Positions 26,245-35,603 of a stretch of 51,496 nucleotides of DNA are shown here, piece by piece (positions within the stretch are counted from its first letter, which is position 1; each line of letters starts with the position of its first letter). The position numbers were made by a program, and so were the translations under genes. Where the stretch lies: IMG/VR virus record IMGVR_UViG_3300021178_000015, positions 1-51,496 of that record. The stretch is one strand, 5' to 3'. A model generated the notes under the pieces. The model did no database searches and had not been told where the DNA came from. It worked only from the letters and a program-made list of their open reading frames with translations. Source of the DNA: a virus (taxonomy: Duplodnaviria; Caudoviricetes).

Positions 26245-27720
26245 ATGCCAGCAATCAATGTAATGGGGTCTTTTCAAGACCCTTTAAATCTGGATCAGGG
26301 CGCCGGCAAGCTCGTGAACGTGCGCGTTGTCCCGCGCGAAATGAAGGAGGGACGCGTCGCCAAGGTGCGTTTCCTCGGTTCGCCGGGGCTTACCACCGTA
26401 TGCCAGCCCACCGCGCAACCTTGTATCGCGCTCTGCCACGCGCTCGATACGATATGGAGCGGTCACGGTGACGGTTCGATATACTACGGCATTGAAACCG
26501 GAGTACCCGTGTTGGCGGGCTTCGTTGCCGTACAAGCCGGCCAGCCGGTAATTCGGTTTGCGGAAGATCGCACGGCGCTTGCCATCGCATCAAATAAGAA
26601 CATTCTCAATCCGTTGCTGTTTGGTACGGGTTACGTTGGTGTGAAGACCCCCACGGCCGGCATAACCAACGCCGGCTTTGACACGTCGATTGATTTTGAT
26701 CCGTCCACCGTGGCAGAGTTGGACAACATGACGATATGGTCCGGCGCGTCAAATGTGTACGCCAATCAAGATAGTAAGATGTACAACTCGAACCCGCTCG
26801 CGCCGGGCACGGTGCAGCCGAATAGCTTCGCCACGAAAGAAGCCCGCGCCGATCGCGTGGTTGACTTGGCGATTTCCGGCCGCGTCATGTGGCCGCTGGG
26901 TTCCCGGTCACTGGAGCAATGGTACGATAGCGGCAACGGCGCCGATTTCCCGTATCAGGCGTTCCCCAATTCACTCAATTCGGTAGGCATCGCATCGCGG
27001 CTCACGTTGGCGGTGCTCCGCGACCTTATCATGTTCGTGGGCACCAACCGTCGTGTGTGGCTTTGCTCGGGTCAATCCGGGGCCCCGGTGTCGCCGACCT
27101 GGGTTGACAGTCTGCTGCAAGAGTTGACGCTTACGCAGTTAGGCCAACTCACGGCCTATGCCTACGCACACGCGGAAAGTGATTTCTATGTACTCACGCT
27201 CCCTGGGTCTTGGACCATCGAGCTGTCCGGCGCGACGGGTTCGTGGTCTTACCGTCAGTCACCCGGGCGGCTTGACCATGCCAGCCGATGCGCTACGGAA
27301 CACGATGGGGGTTCGACTTACGTCGGTCTGGATACGGGCCACATATGTACGGCTGATATGAACAATCAGACCGAGCCCGCCGGTACGATTTCCCGAATGA
27401 TTGTGACCCCATGGGTTGGCGACGAAGAATACCGCAGCACGTATGCTACGGTTGATGCAACGTCATCCATGGGTCCGCAAGCCGGCACCTTTCAGCTCGA
27501 TTGGTCGGAAACTGCTGATGTCACCGAAGGCGGCGTCGTGGTGTCGAACCGTACGTGGCGCGGAGTACGACAAATTCAGATGCCGACGCCGGGCGCGCAA
27601 CGCGCGATCGGACGTGATTTTGGTACGGGCCGGCGCCGTCAATTCCGATTGCAGTACAGCGGCACGCAAGCGCCCTTCACAATTGACGAAATGTTTATCA
27701 ATACGATCAAAGGGACTTAA
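26245..27720 (+). CDS. Tail hub / packaged-DNA stabilization protein (P22 gp10-like)
   Basis: 491 aa; PGL N-terminal motif, FATKEARAD, LGSRSLEQW, FYVLTLP and DFGTGRRRQFRL patterns. Confidence 0.8.
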   Translation: MPAINVMGSFQDPLNLDQGAGKLVNVRVVPREMKEGRVAKVRFLGSPGLTTVCQPTAQPCIALCHALDTIWSGHGDGSIYYGIETGVPVLAGFVAVQAGQPVIRFAEDRTALAIASNKNILNPLLFGTGYVGVKTPTAGITNAGFDTSIDFDPSTVAELDNMTIWSGASNVYANQDSKMYNSNPLAPGTVQPNSFATKEARADRVVDLAISGRVMWPLGSRSLEQWYDSGNGADFPYQAFPNSLNSVGIASRLTLAVLRDLIMFVGTNRRVWLCSGQSGAPVSPTWVDSLLQELTLTQLGQLTAYAYAHAESDFYVLTLPGSWTIELSGATGSWSYRQSPGRLDHASRCATEHDGGSTYVGLDTGHICTADMNNQTEPAGTISRMIVTPWVGDEEYRSTYATVDATSSMGPQAGTFQLDWSETADVTEGGVVVSNRTWRGVRQIQMPTPGAQRAIGRDFGTGRRRQFRLQYSGTQAPFTIDEMFINTIKGT

Positions 27721-27941
27721 GAAGCGGACGCAAATTCGCGGGCGTAGCTACTGAGCATCGCTGCCGGGCGGTTTCGCAATTCTTGGCGAACAGCCTTGGT
27801 AATCGGAGTGGTCTGTTCGTATACGGCGATAATGGGACGCTGAAACCGGGACAGGTGCTTTACGAGTACATAGCGCCTGTCACTATCGAGGGTCTGCATA
27901 AGGTGCGCGCCGCTGGACGCTTCGTATTGGATAGTAAACAT
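27717..27941 (-). CDS. Moron-like hypothetical protein inserted against the tail operon
   Basis: Own TTGACT promoter and GAGG RBS; 74 aa. Confidence 0.6.
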   Translation of the reverse strand: MFTIQYEASSGAHLMQTLDSDRRYVLVKHLSRFQRPIIAVYEQTTPITKAVRQELRNRPAAMLSSYAREFASAS

Positions 27942-27999
27942 GTCAACCTCGTATGTTGATTTGTACACAAATATACGGCAACTCTGTGGATAAGTCAAC

Positions 28000-28440
28000 A
28001 TGGCAAGCACGCCGCAAAAATTTCCGCCGCCTCCGTTCTTAGTCGGTACGGACCAAAATACGCAGATGCTTAACCGCTGGTTACTGGAAGTGCAGAATGT
28101 GCTTGCCGCTGCCGGTGGCGTAGACCCAAGCAACATTGCAGGTTTTACGGCGCTTCAAACTCAAGTCGCAACTAATACGACTAACATCGCGACGTTGGAG
28201 ACGGGGCAAGGTGGGCAGGGCACGGCTATCACGCTCTTAGAAAGCGACGTGGCAACGTTGTTCGCCGACGTGGCGACAATCAACGGCCAAATTACGACGC
28301 TCAGCTCACGAGCCCAAGTCTTTAACGGCGTCGGCGGACCCGGCGGCGGCCTGGGCAACGTTAATGACTGGTACGCCGACACGACGAACAAGCATATCTA
28401 CGTAAAAACTGCGGTGGGCACGTGGACGATGATAGTTTAG
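28000..28440 (+). CDS. Tail needle-like trimeric coiled-coil protein (P22 gp26-like)
   Basis: Heptad TNTTNIATLE...VATINGQITTL; position after the gp10-like gene. Confidence 0.55.
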   Translation: MASTPQKFPPPPFLVGTDQNTQMLNRWLLEVQNVLAAAGGVDPSNIAGFTALQTQVATNTTNIATLETGQGGQGTAITLLESDVATLFADVATINGQITTLSSRAQVFNGVGGPGGGLGNVNDWYADTTNKHIYVKTAVGTWTMIV

Positions 28441-28865
28441 GCAATAAACAGCATCAGGGCGTCAATTGCGCCTTTAAACTCCGCGAGCGTCCGTACGATA
28501 ATGTAGGCATTGCCGGCGGCTTCCCAAGCGAGCTGGAAGCTTTCTTGGCCCTTCCGCTGTTTGCCGTCTGGACGTTTCAGCTCGATAGCGACGCGCCGCC
28601 CCGGCGGGAAGGCCAGATAGTCGGCCACGCCATCGCGCACGCCCAGCCGCTTGAAATGCATAATGGCGCCGATGCCGCCCATGCGTTCGTTAGGGACGTG
28701 GAAAATCAGGAGCCGGCGCCAGATGCCCGACTTTTCGAGCCACTGCTGGGCATTCATGTGCAGGCATTCCTCGCCGAAGTCTTCCGGATTGCCGGGCGTC
28801 TTTGGCGGGGTTTTGCGGGCCTTCTTAGGCGCCTTAGCGCGCTTTCTCGGGGGGTGCGAGGCCAA
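28437..28865 (-). CDS. VRR-NUC domain nuclease
   Basis: IFHVPNE...GVRDGVADY...IELKRPDGKQ...Q. Confidence 0.85.
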   Translation of the reverse strand: MASHPPRKRAKAPKKARKTPPKTPGNPEDFGEECLHMNAQQWLEKSGIWRRLLIFHVPNERMGGIGAIMHFKRLGVRDGVADYLAFPPGRRVAIELKRPDGKQRKGQESFQLAWEAAGNAYIIVRTLAEFKGAIDALMLFIA

Positions 28866-29037
28866 GTTGTTTCAACCTTCTCTCTTCTTCTGGGAGCCAC
28901 GTTTCTAGGGCCGCGCGGACCGCTTTGGAACGGTTGGTAGCATCGCCTTCCGTGTTCCGGGTCACAAAGTCAACCCGCTCCACAAGGGCGCGCGGGAGCC
29001 GCGCCGAAATCATGGGGCTTTTGCATTCGTCTGCCAT
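28834..29037 (-). CDS. Ribbon-helix-helix (CopG/MetJ-like) regulator
   Basis: MISARLPRALVERVD...NRSKAVRAALE; TGTATGACAA lies in its promoter spacer (29056-29065). Confidence 0.75.
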   Translation of the reverse strand: MADECKSPMISARLPRALVERVDFVTRNTEGDATNRSKAVRAALETWLPEEERRLKQLGLAPPEKAR

Positions 29038-29083
29038 GGGGTATAGTTAGACGAATTGTCATACATTTGCAAGGGCTTCTGAC

Positions 29084-29710
29084 ATGTCATCTTTCGGCGC
29101 GGGCCTGGGCTCGGTTATTGGCAGCTCCCTGGGGGCGAGCGATTTGCAGGGCGGCTTGAACGATGTAGGCAACGACACGGCGAACTTTGGCGCCATCGTA
29201 CAGCCGTACAATTCCTTCGGTCAATCGATGCTCCCCGGCGCCACCAACTCAATCAATAACATCAACAACGTTGCCAGCACTGGACCCCAGGGGTACGAAC
29301 AGTTTCTTCAGGGCTACCAGATGACGCCGGGCGCCCAGTATCAAGAAGGTGTCGCGAACGCAACGCAGAACCACAGCGCGGCAGCGAACGGTCAATTGCT
29401 GTCCGGTTCGAATGAGCGGGCGCTATCAACCATCGATCAGGGCATCGCGAACACCGATGCAAACAGCTCGTACAACGAATATTTGCAGGGCAACAATCAG
29501 CAGTTCAGCCAGCTCGAAAGCGCTTTGGGCAACATGTTTAGCGCGATCGGCGTCGGTACCACTGCCACCGGGCAGAATGCCAGCGTAACAAATGCCGATA
29601 TCGGCGCAACGTCACAGATCGCGCAAGCTCAGGCAAAGAACGACCAATCGAAGGGCTCGGGCTTGGGTTCGATGTTTAGCGGCTTGGGCAGCATGGCGGC
29701 GTCGTTCTAA
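29084..29710 (+). CDS. DNA ejection/pilot protein (P22 gp7-like)
   Basis: Gly/Ser/Asn-rich; QPY...PGAQYQ...SAAANGQLLSG pattern. Confidence 0.7.
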   Translation: MSSFGAGLGSVIGSSLGASDLQGGLNDVGNDTANFGAIVQPYNSFGQSMLPGATNSINNINNVASTGPQGYEQFLQGYQMTPGAQYQEGVANATQNHSAAANGQLLSGSNERALSTIDQGIANTDANSSYNEYLQGNNQQFSQLESALGNMFSAIGVGTTATGQNASVTNADIGATSQIAQAQAKNDQSKGSGLGSMFSGLGSMAASF

Positions 29711-29850
29711 CGGGGAAGGCACAGAAAAGGCGTCGGTTTCCAGTTGCGAGACTTCCATTGAAAGCGGATTTCGCGGTATGCCAGAACTGTGAGCGTAGCG
29801 GCGCCGATTAAAGCAAGTACGTAAGTCATGTGGGTTGCTCTGTTGTGATG

Positions 29851-30114
29851 TTAACGCAAAAGCTTTTTCATCAAAGCGACGCCGGTTGATTTTAGGGTAA
29901 ACTTCGCCTGCTCTTTTTCCGGCAGTGCTAAAACGGCGTCCGGTCCATACGCCTTGACAAAACATTCATCGTGCCACGGGCCATCGCGCTCGAATAGATC
30001 GGCCTGGATCATAACTCTATTGTCGCCGATCTCGCCGCAGGTATGGCAGATCGCCAAATGGCGAACGTCATGCGCCCGTAGCTCTGTCCGACCGTCCGGC
30101 AATCTGTATTTCAT
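29851..30114 (-). CDS. Hypothetical protein (possible Zn-binding)
   Basis: CHTC...HDEC; ATGA-coupled. Confidence 0.6.
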   Translation of the reverse strand: MKYRLPDGRTELRAHDVRHLAICHTCGEIGDNRVMIQADLFERDGPWHDECFVKAYGPDAVLALPEKEQAKFTLKSTGVALMKKLLR

Positions 30115-30311
30115 GTCGGTTCCTTTAACTGCTGATTAAGAGCAGCACGAATGATCTGCATTACTTCATCGGAAGTATCGCCGCAGACAATGCAAGCAAG
30201 TGCTACGAACTCGTTTGAAACAGCTCTGCTGTCTGGCGGTTCATACTGCGAAAGCATGTTGACTGCTAGTTCAAGTGCGGTCTTCATGTCATCCATGGTC
30301 GGTGTATTCAT
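30111..30311 (-). CDS. Hypothetical protein
   Basis: 66 aa, within the operon. Confidence 0.6.
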   Translation of the reverse strand: MNTPTMDDMKTALELAVNMLSQYEPPDSRAVSNEFVALACIVCGDTSDEVMQIIRAALNQQLKEPT

Positions 30312-30314
30312 TTG

Positions 30315-30827
30315 CTACCTAACAATGCTGTACGTATATGCATCCTGCGGTTCTGTACTTACGTTGGGAAAGTGAGCAAATCGCCGCAGCCGGCCTTCAC
30401 ACTGCGCCCCCATGCGTTCTAATACGCGTTGTACGGGCACATTGTCAACGTGACAGTAAGCCCAGGTTCGCCAGATATGCGGATGCGACATAATCCATTG
30501 CACGAATGGCTCGGAAAACTCCCGGCCGGCGCCGCGCGCTTTCCGGTCCCGTCGAAACATGATGGTGACCGCGGCTTGATGGCCCTGCACTTCTAAGCCG
30601 ACGATGCCCAAGATATCCGGCGGGCTGTCTTCTTGGCACACGGCCTGATACCGCGCCTTGTTCTGCTGATAGAGCTGGATTAGCGCCGTGGCGTCATCCA
30701 CCGATTTATGTACGGGGAAGCCCATGTAACGCATCACATTGTGGTCGCCGGTCAACGCAAACACCCCTGGGCCCTCCCAGGGGTGGATATCGCGGATGAT
30801 GAAACGGCTGTTGCCGACTTTGACCAT
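30315..30827 (-). CDS. GNAT acetyltransferase (RimJ/RimL-like)
   Basis: VMRYM...ARGAG...YCHVDNVPVQRVLERMG...EGRLRR. Confidence 0.85.
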   Translation of the reverse strand: MVKVGNSRFIIRDIHPWEGPGVFALTGDHNVMRYMGFPVHKSVDDATALIQLYQQNKARYQAVCQEDSPPDILGIVGLEVQGHQAAVTIMFRRDRKARGAGREFSEPFVQWIMSHPHIWRTWAYCHVDNVPVQRVLERMGAQCEGRLRRFAHFPNVSTEPQDAYTYSIVR

Positions 30828-31054
30828 TATTTATAGCTGCCTTCATAGACGCCCGTTTTGCGGGTCAAATGATAAGCGTAAGCCAAAGGCAGCGGGTCAT
30901 ACTCGCTGAAGGCCCCGGCGTATTCGAAGCCGCGGAAACCGGAACCGGGCTTAGCCACGCTATAAATGTGCAGACCGCGCGCAAAGTCAGTGCGGTACGT
31001 AGCGTGATGAAACTCGCGGGCGGCAAAGAGGGTCTTAAGTTGATCTATGGTCAT
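30827..31054 (-). CDS. Hypothetical protein headed by conserved leader motif
   Basis: CCGCTGGAGAGCGA (31057-31070) then ATG; TTGACG promoter upstream. Confidence 0.65.
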   Translation of the reverse strand: MTIDQLKTLFAAREFHHATYRTDFARGLHIYSVAKPGSGFRGFEYAGAFSEYDPLPLAYAYHLTRKTGVYEGSYK

Positions 31055-31070
31055 TTTCGCTCTCCAGCGG

Positions 31071-31310
31071 TTAAGATGCCACAACTGTACACATTTGTAC
31101 GGGCGCGTCAAGCACTATTTTGACCCCTCGGAAACAAAATCTATGGGTTTTCGGCGGAGCGCGGCGAATATTGTTTGACCGAAGCCAGCGCCCTTGGCCG
31201 CATTCGCACACGCAAAACCACGAAATCGCACCATGTATCGTGGCTTTTTCTGCTCGGTAAGCGACGGTGACCAAGCCGAATTTCTTTCCGGGTTCTATGA
31301 AGTCGTTCAT
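31071..31310 (-). CDS. Truncated HNH-endonuclease-type N-terminal domain
   Basis: GKKFGLVTV...WFCVCECG; no nuclease domain follows. Confidence 0.5.
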   Translation of the reverse strand: MNDFIEPGKKFGLVTVAYRAEKATIHGAISWFCVCECGQGRWLRSNNIRRAPPKTHRFCFRGVKIVLDAPVQMCTVVAS

Positions 31311-33274
31311 TTGCGCATCCGATCGGCCTCATAACCCTCACAATCGAGTGGCAATCCTGCGGTCCACGACCGGGGCCGGCGCATGATCTCGCGCATCTGC
31401 TCCGATCGCTGCTTGGCAATGGAAGCCGGCGCCAGCGAGAGTATGCTATCATAGACATCAAGGATCAACACAACATCCGGCAGCTCGTTTTCTATATCAG
31501 CTTCGGCCGCGGTCACCAAGTCACGCGTGCAGCTCTGACAGAAGATTTCGAGCAGCGAACCGCCGAAAGCTTTCTGTCGCATCATGGCGCCGAACTTCGC
31601 TCGGAAAAACTGCATTTCTCCGGTCGGCGAAATGTGTGCGGAATAGTGCGGCACGGCGCGGCCGGACGGCAGTAGCATCCACACCGTACCGTGGCTGTCT
31701 TTCTGGAATGCAATTCTGTTATTAACCGGGAAGATACGGCCGGGCTGTTCATAGATCGCAAACTTGAAGGCGTCGGCCAAGTCGTACCAAAGCCGTACAA
31801 GTAGCGGATTGGCTTGGCGGTAGCCGTTGATATCGATCATGGCTTTTTGGTCGGTTATCTCGTGACGTTTCAAACCGTTTTCCGCAGCCGTACGAATAAG
31901 GAATGCGAGATACGTACGCCATCCTAGCTGATAGTTACCGCCAAGCGTCACGCTCTTGAACGTCTGTCGTTCTTTGGGGTGGGTGGACTTAGTAGCGGTT
32001 TCCGGCAGGTTCAAGCACTGCCGGGCGTTGTACATGTATAAGTCGCTGCCCGGTGTTGCGATGATGTTTAAACGTTCCGTGTCGCCCGCGAGCCAAAGCG
32101 CGAAGCGCAACTCTGCTTGGGAAGCGTCGTTGTCGCACACCATCCAGCCCGGGGGCGCCACAATGCAGCCGCGAAGGCAGTCCGTCAGGGCACTGTTGCC
32201 TAGCGACGTGTGACCCTGCTTCAGCCGGTCGATAAGCTGGTCTATGGTGGCGCGGCCTTCCTTGCCGTCGTACTTACCGGACGGCCGCGCAATGTTGAAC
32301 ATGTTCGCGCCTTCGGACGTGCCGCGCCCCGATCGCGCACCGAAGTATCGTGTAGCGTCTTTGTAAAAGCCGTTGACGTGCCGGTCTAGCAGGGCTTGTG
32401 CTTTGAGCGGAGCCGAACCGCCTTCCGCCTGTAGCAGTTCCAGAACAATCCGTACGTCAGGATGCAGGTTTTCGTCAGTGAGTTTTTCCGCAATAATGTG
32501 CTTCTGCGTGTTTTCCAGTCCGGCAGCGCGGTTGCCGCTGTTGGCCCAATCGAGGATACGCTGGCGTTGCGAAAGCTTGGTCACCGCATTGTTGGTGATT
32601 TCCATAAGCTTCGCGGTGCTCTCTTGTTCGATTTCCTGCCGGCGCATCGCAATCGCGGTTGCCAAGCTGATATCGATCGGGAGCCCGATTTCGTTTTTAC
32701 GCCACGTACGCTCAAAGATCAGGCGTTCGGCTGGCGACAGCGGCGGCAGGCGCGCGTCAACATCCATGAGGCATTCAACGTCGCGCAAGTTGTACGCGAG
32801 CAGCTTTACGAACGTCTCGATTTTTTCGTGGAACGTGCCATCTTTTTGCGGCTTGCACGTCAGCATCACGAGCGCGCGGCCTTGCGGGTCTTTGCCCCGG
32901 ATGCCCAGCGCCATGCATAATTCGTCAAGGCCGCCCGGGAAGGCAATCGCCTGAGCGCGGCCCATGGTGCAATCAATCTTGCTCAGTTCGATCTGTACGA
33001 ACGGATTTTGCCGCTTAATCACGTTCACGTCGAAATTGGCGTGATGCGCAACGAAGCGCCGGCATTGCCGGATATCTTCGTAAAAGTCCGCCATCGTATG
33101 GGAGCCGATAGACGGATGTAATGTGCACGCAGTTTTGTACACACCGCGGAACCACCAACACGCCGTGGTTATCTGGGTGGATGGGCAAGCTGCATAGCGC
33201 CGCGCGCCCGCTGTCTTCAGGTTCGTACGGCTGCGTGTTTCTACGTCGGCGAATAAATCGTCAAGCTGCGGCAC
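31307..33274 (-). CDS. DNA polymerase, family A (phage type) with 3'-5' exonuclease
   Basis: DVETRS (ExoI), HHANFD (ExoII), YNLRDV (ExoIII), DASQAELR (A), RQTFKSVTLGGNY (B), VYDS (C variant). Confidence 0.92.
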   Translation of the reverse strand: MPQLDDLFADVETRSRTNLKTAGARRYAACPSTQITTACWWFRGVYKTACTLHPSIGSHTMADFYEDIRQCRRFVAHHANFDVNVIKRQNPFVQIELSKIDCTMGRAQAIAFPGGLDELCMALGIRGKDPQGRALVMLTCKPQKDGTFHEKIETFVKLLAYNLRDVECLMDVDARLPPLSPAERLIFERTWRKNEIGLPIDISLATAIAMRRQEIEQESTAKLMEITNNAVTKLSQRQRILDWANSGNRAAGLENTQKHIIAEKLTDENLHPDVRIVLELLQAEGGSAPLKAQALLDRHVNGFYKDATRYFGARSGRGTSEGANMFNIARPSGKYDGKEGRATIDQLIDRLKQGHTSLGNSALTDCLRGCIVAPPGWMVCDNDASQAELRFALWLAGDTERLNIIATPGSDLYMYNARQCLNLPETATKSTHPKERQTFKSVTLGGNYQLGWRTYLAFLIRTAAENGLKRHEITDQKAMIDINGYRQANPLLVRLWYDLADAFKFAIYEQPGRIFPVNNRIAFQKDSHGTVWMLLPSGRAVPHYSAHISPTGEMQFFRAKFGAMMRQKAFGGSLLEIFCQSCTRDLVTAAEADIENELPDVVLILDVYDSILSLAPASIAKQRSEQMREIMRRPRSWTAGLPLDCEGYEADRMRK

Positions 33275-33436
33275 GTAGCGCGCTTTCTAAATCTGAGAGA
33301 GCGGGTAAAGCCCTTCGTCTGCCAGTTCGATGCACCGCGCCGGGAAACCGGAAAAATCGACGCGTTGACCGTCCCCGCTGTGTCCGGTCGACACTCTCAA
33401 AAAGGTGCCCGGGACCGAAACCCCGGGCAGTTCGTA

Positions 33437-34351
33437 TCAGCGTGACGGCCAAGCACCGCCTTGCGGAGCGGCGCCCGGGAAGGTTTGCTGCGGCTGGTTA
33501 GAAGGGAATGTCGCATTCCCATTTGGCGCGCCGGGCATCCCACCATGGGCCGGGGCACCCCCGAAAGCAGGCCCCGCCGTATTCTGAGAGGCAAACCCCC
33601 CTTGGGGGCCTTGGTGTGGGTTCCCAGGGAAACCGTTGCCGTTCTGCGGTCCCTGGGGTGCCGTAAAACCCCCGTGCTGCGGAGCCCCGCCGAAGCCCTG
33701 GGGCGCGGTCCCAAAACCTCCGTTCTGCGGACCGCCAAACCCACCCGGCGACGGATTGAAGCCGCTGGGCCGGTAGCCCTGGGCCTGGGCAGCCTGCATC
33801 AGCTCGGCACCGCTAATCGAGTTGCCAATAGCGATTTCCTCGCCGGGCGCCGTGAACACCACGTTGTTGATGTAGAGTTTGATCGCACGGGCATTCTGCG
33901 AGTTGACCGCCGCCGCTCCGCCGACGATGCAGAAATCGCCGGGCTTCACAATGTTGCCGCGGGCCTGAAGTGGTACGAGCGTGGCGCCCTGCGACAGTTC
34001 GACCTTGATCGCGTCACCGGAATTGCCGGAAAACATCCACTGGCCGCGCGCCCAGTCGGCCGGCGGCTGCTGGGGGTCTTGCGGCATGTCGCCGTCACGA
34101 ATGGGCCACGTCACAGCCTCGTAACCGAGCCCGCCCATGGTCGCGGCGTGGATTTTCTGCATCGCACCCCAAAGGTTCTGAAAAACGGGCTCCATAGACC
34201 AATGCGGTTGAGTTTTTGGCACGAGGAAACCGCCGAGCCAATTTGGTTTTGTCGTCTGGCCTTTGTATTCGGTGCTGGGTTGCCAAAGATTTTTCATTCC
34301 GTAGACCCGCGCGCCGAAACACATGAAATTTTCGTACTGCTTTTTCGCCAT
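33437..34351 (-). CDS. Single-stranded DNA-binding protein (DUF2815-like) with Gly/Pro/Gln-rich tail
   Basis: PIRDGD and IKLYINNV motifs; position between exonuclease and polymerase. Confidence 0.7.
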   Translation of the reverse strand: MAKKQYENFMCFGARVYGMKNLWQPSTEYKGQTTKPNWLGGFLVPKTQPHWSMEPVFQNLWGAMQKIHAATMGGLGYEAVTWPIRDGDMPQDPQQPPADWARGQWMFSGNSGDAIKVELSQGATLVPLQARGNIVKPGDFCIVGGAAAVNSQNARAIKLYINNVVFTAPGEEIAIGNSISGAELMQAAQAQGYRPSGFNPSPGGFGGPQNGGFGTAPQGFGGAPQHGGFTAPQGPQNGNGFPGNPHQGPQGGFASQNTAGPAFGGAPAHGGMPGAPNGNATFPSNQPQQTFPGAAPQGGAWPSR

Positions 34352-34427
34352 AGCTTCGTATCCTTCATTTCTTCACACCGGAAGCCGCCGGCACGGTACG
34401 CCAACCGTACAAGACGGCCGGAATTAG

Positions 34428-34598
34428 TCAACCGAAATGCGAAAGTTTCTTCGCGAAGTCCAGCAATTCGACGTCGCGGAACGGCCCCAAGCTGGCACCC
34501 TTCGCAGTCAGTATGCCGACAACGGCGGCCGCGTATTCTTTGCCGGGCAGCTTGCCTTGCAAATGATCGCGGGAAAGCGCTTCTAGCTGTTGCAGCAT
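34428..34598 (-). CDS. Small hypothetical protein (56 aa)
   Basis: Translated by hand; GAGG RBS. Confidence 0.55.
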   Translation of the reverse strand: MLQQLEALSRDHLQGKLPGKEYAAAVVGILTAKGASLGPFRDVELLDFAKKLSHFG

Positions 34599-34613
34599 GT
34601 CAGTACCTCGCTG

Positions 34614-35603
34614 TTAATAGGCGGCTTTAAGCTCGCCTGTCGGTTTGTGGGCGGCAACCGCAACATACTGCTTGCCAGCGAGGCCCTGCTTTTCGAGCTG
34701 TGCCGGTGTAAGCGGCCTTACACCCTTGGCCCCGTACGTTTGGTAACCAAATTCTGCCGCGTGCTGCGGGTCGTTGAACGCGCGCCAAGATCGTACGGGC
34801 TTCAATGTTGCGCCTTCGGCTTGCCGGCCCATTTTAAGATGGGTCGTTAATGCATCATCATAGACAGGTTTCATGTCGCCAAGCGCACGGATAAGGCGCA
34901 ACAGCCGTACAAGGTCTTCCGTTGTCAGGTCTTCAATGCGCCGCGTCATCGCGCCCATGACGAAACCGGCGTCGGTGGACATGGCTGGGCATTGCTGGAA
35001 CGCCTTGCACCAACGACACCACGGCCCAGGACGCGGCGGGCTGCGATCGGCGATGGCGCGCAACATGCGGTCCCGATGCGCTTCAACCTGGGACCGATGG
35101 GCTATCCACTGTTTAAACGGCTTTTCATCCAGTCCGTTCGGCTGGAAGATCACGAACCGCCACCATTCGGCATCCGTCATCGGCAGCGCCATGGCGCCGT
35201 ACGATAGCATCTGCGTGTTGTGATGCGCGTCAACGTCCCACTTGCCGTTTTTCAAATCGAGCCATGTAACGATGCGCGGCGCTTCGTTCCAAAGATCGGT
35301 CGTGCCGCCGCATTCTTCGGTAAGACGAAGCTTCAATTCCGTGTGGATGGTGCCGGGCTCTAGCTGCCGTACGAAATCTAGGCCTAAGGCAATGGCGTCG
35401 GCTGCGGTGTCGCCTTCTTCCGGCATTTCCATTTCGGAAATCGCCACTTCGAACAGCGTGTGTACGCGCGTGCCTTCGTCGGCGGCAAGCTTCGTCTTCA
35501 GCGGTTTCGGCGGTTCCGGTACGCTGTGGCGAGCGCTGTACGTGCACTCCAGCCATGTTGACGAACTGGACGGCGCGTAAATATCGTGGTGCTGATCGGA
35601 CAT
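34614..35603 (-). CDS. Cas4-like PD-(D/E)XK exonuclease (DUF2800-like)
   Basis: APSSSSTWLEC, AADEGTRVH, GGTTD...DLKNG, QMLSYG, PGPWCRWC...CP. Confidence 0.85.
   Translation of the reverse strand: MSDQHHDIYAPSSSSTWLECTYSARHSVPEPPKPLKTKLAADEGTRVHTLFEVAISEMEMPEEGDTAADAIALGLDFVRQLEPGTIHTELKLRLTEECGGTTDLWNEAPRIVTWLDLKNGKWDVDAHHNTQMLSYGAMALPMTDAEWWRFVIFQPNGLDEKPFKQWIAHRSQVEAHRDRMLRAIADRSPPRPGPWCRWCKAFQQCPAMSTDAGFVMGAMTRRIEDLTTEDLVRLLRLIRALGDMKPVYDDALTTHLKMGRQAEGATLKPVRSWRAFNDPQHAAEFGYQTYGAKGVRPLTPAQLEKQGLAGKQYVAVAAHKPTGELKAAY

Noticed and set aside
33461-34630. 389-aa plus-strand ORF and similar long antisense ORFs (3615-4505, 5298-6335)
   Set aside because: High-GC shadow frames opposite well-supported genes; Arg-rich with no recognisable motifs
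34614-35603. Cas4-like protein as evidence of a CRISPR-Cas system
   Set aside because: No repeat-spacer array or other cas genes; it sits in the usual exonuclease-SSB-PolA replication module
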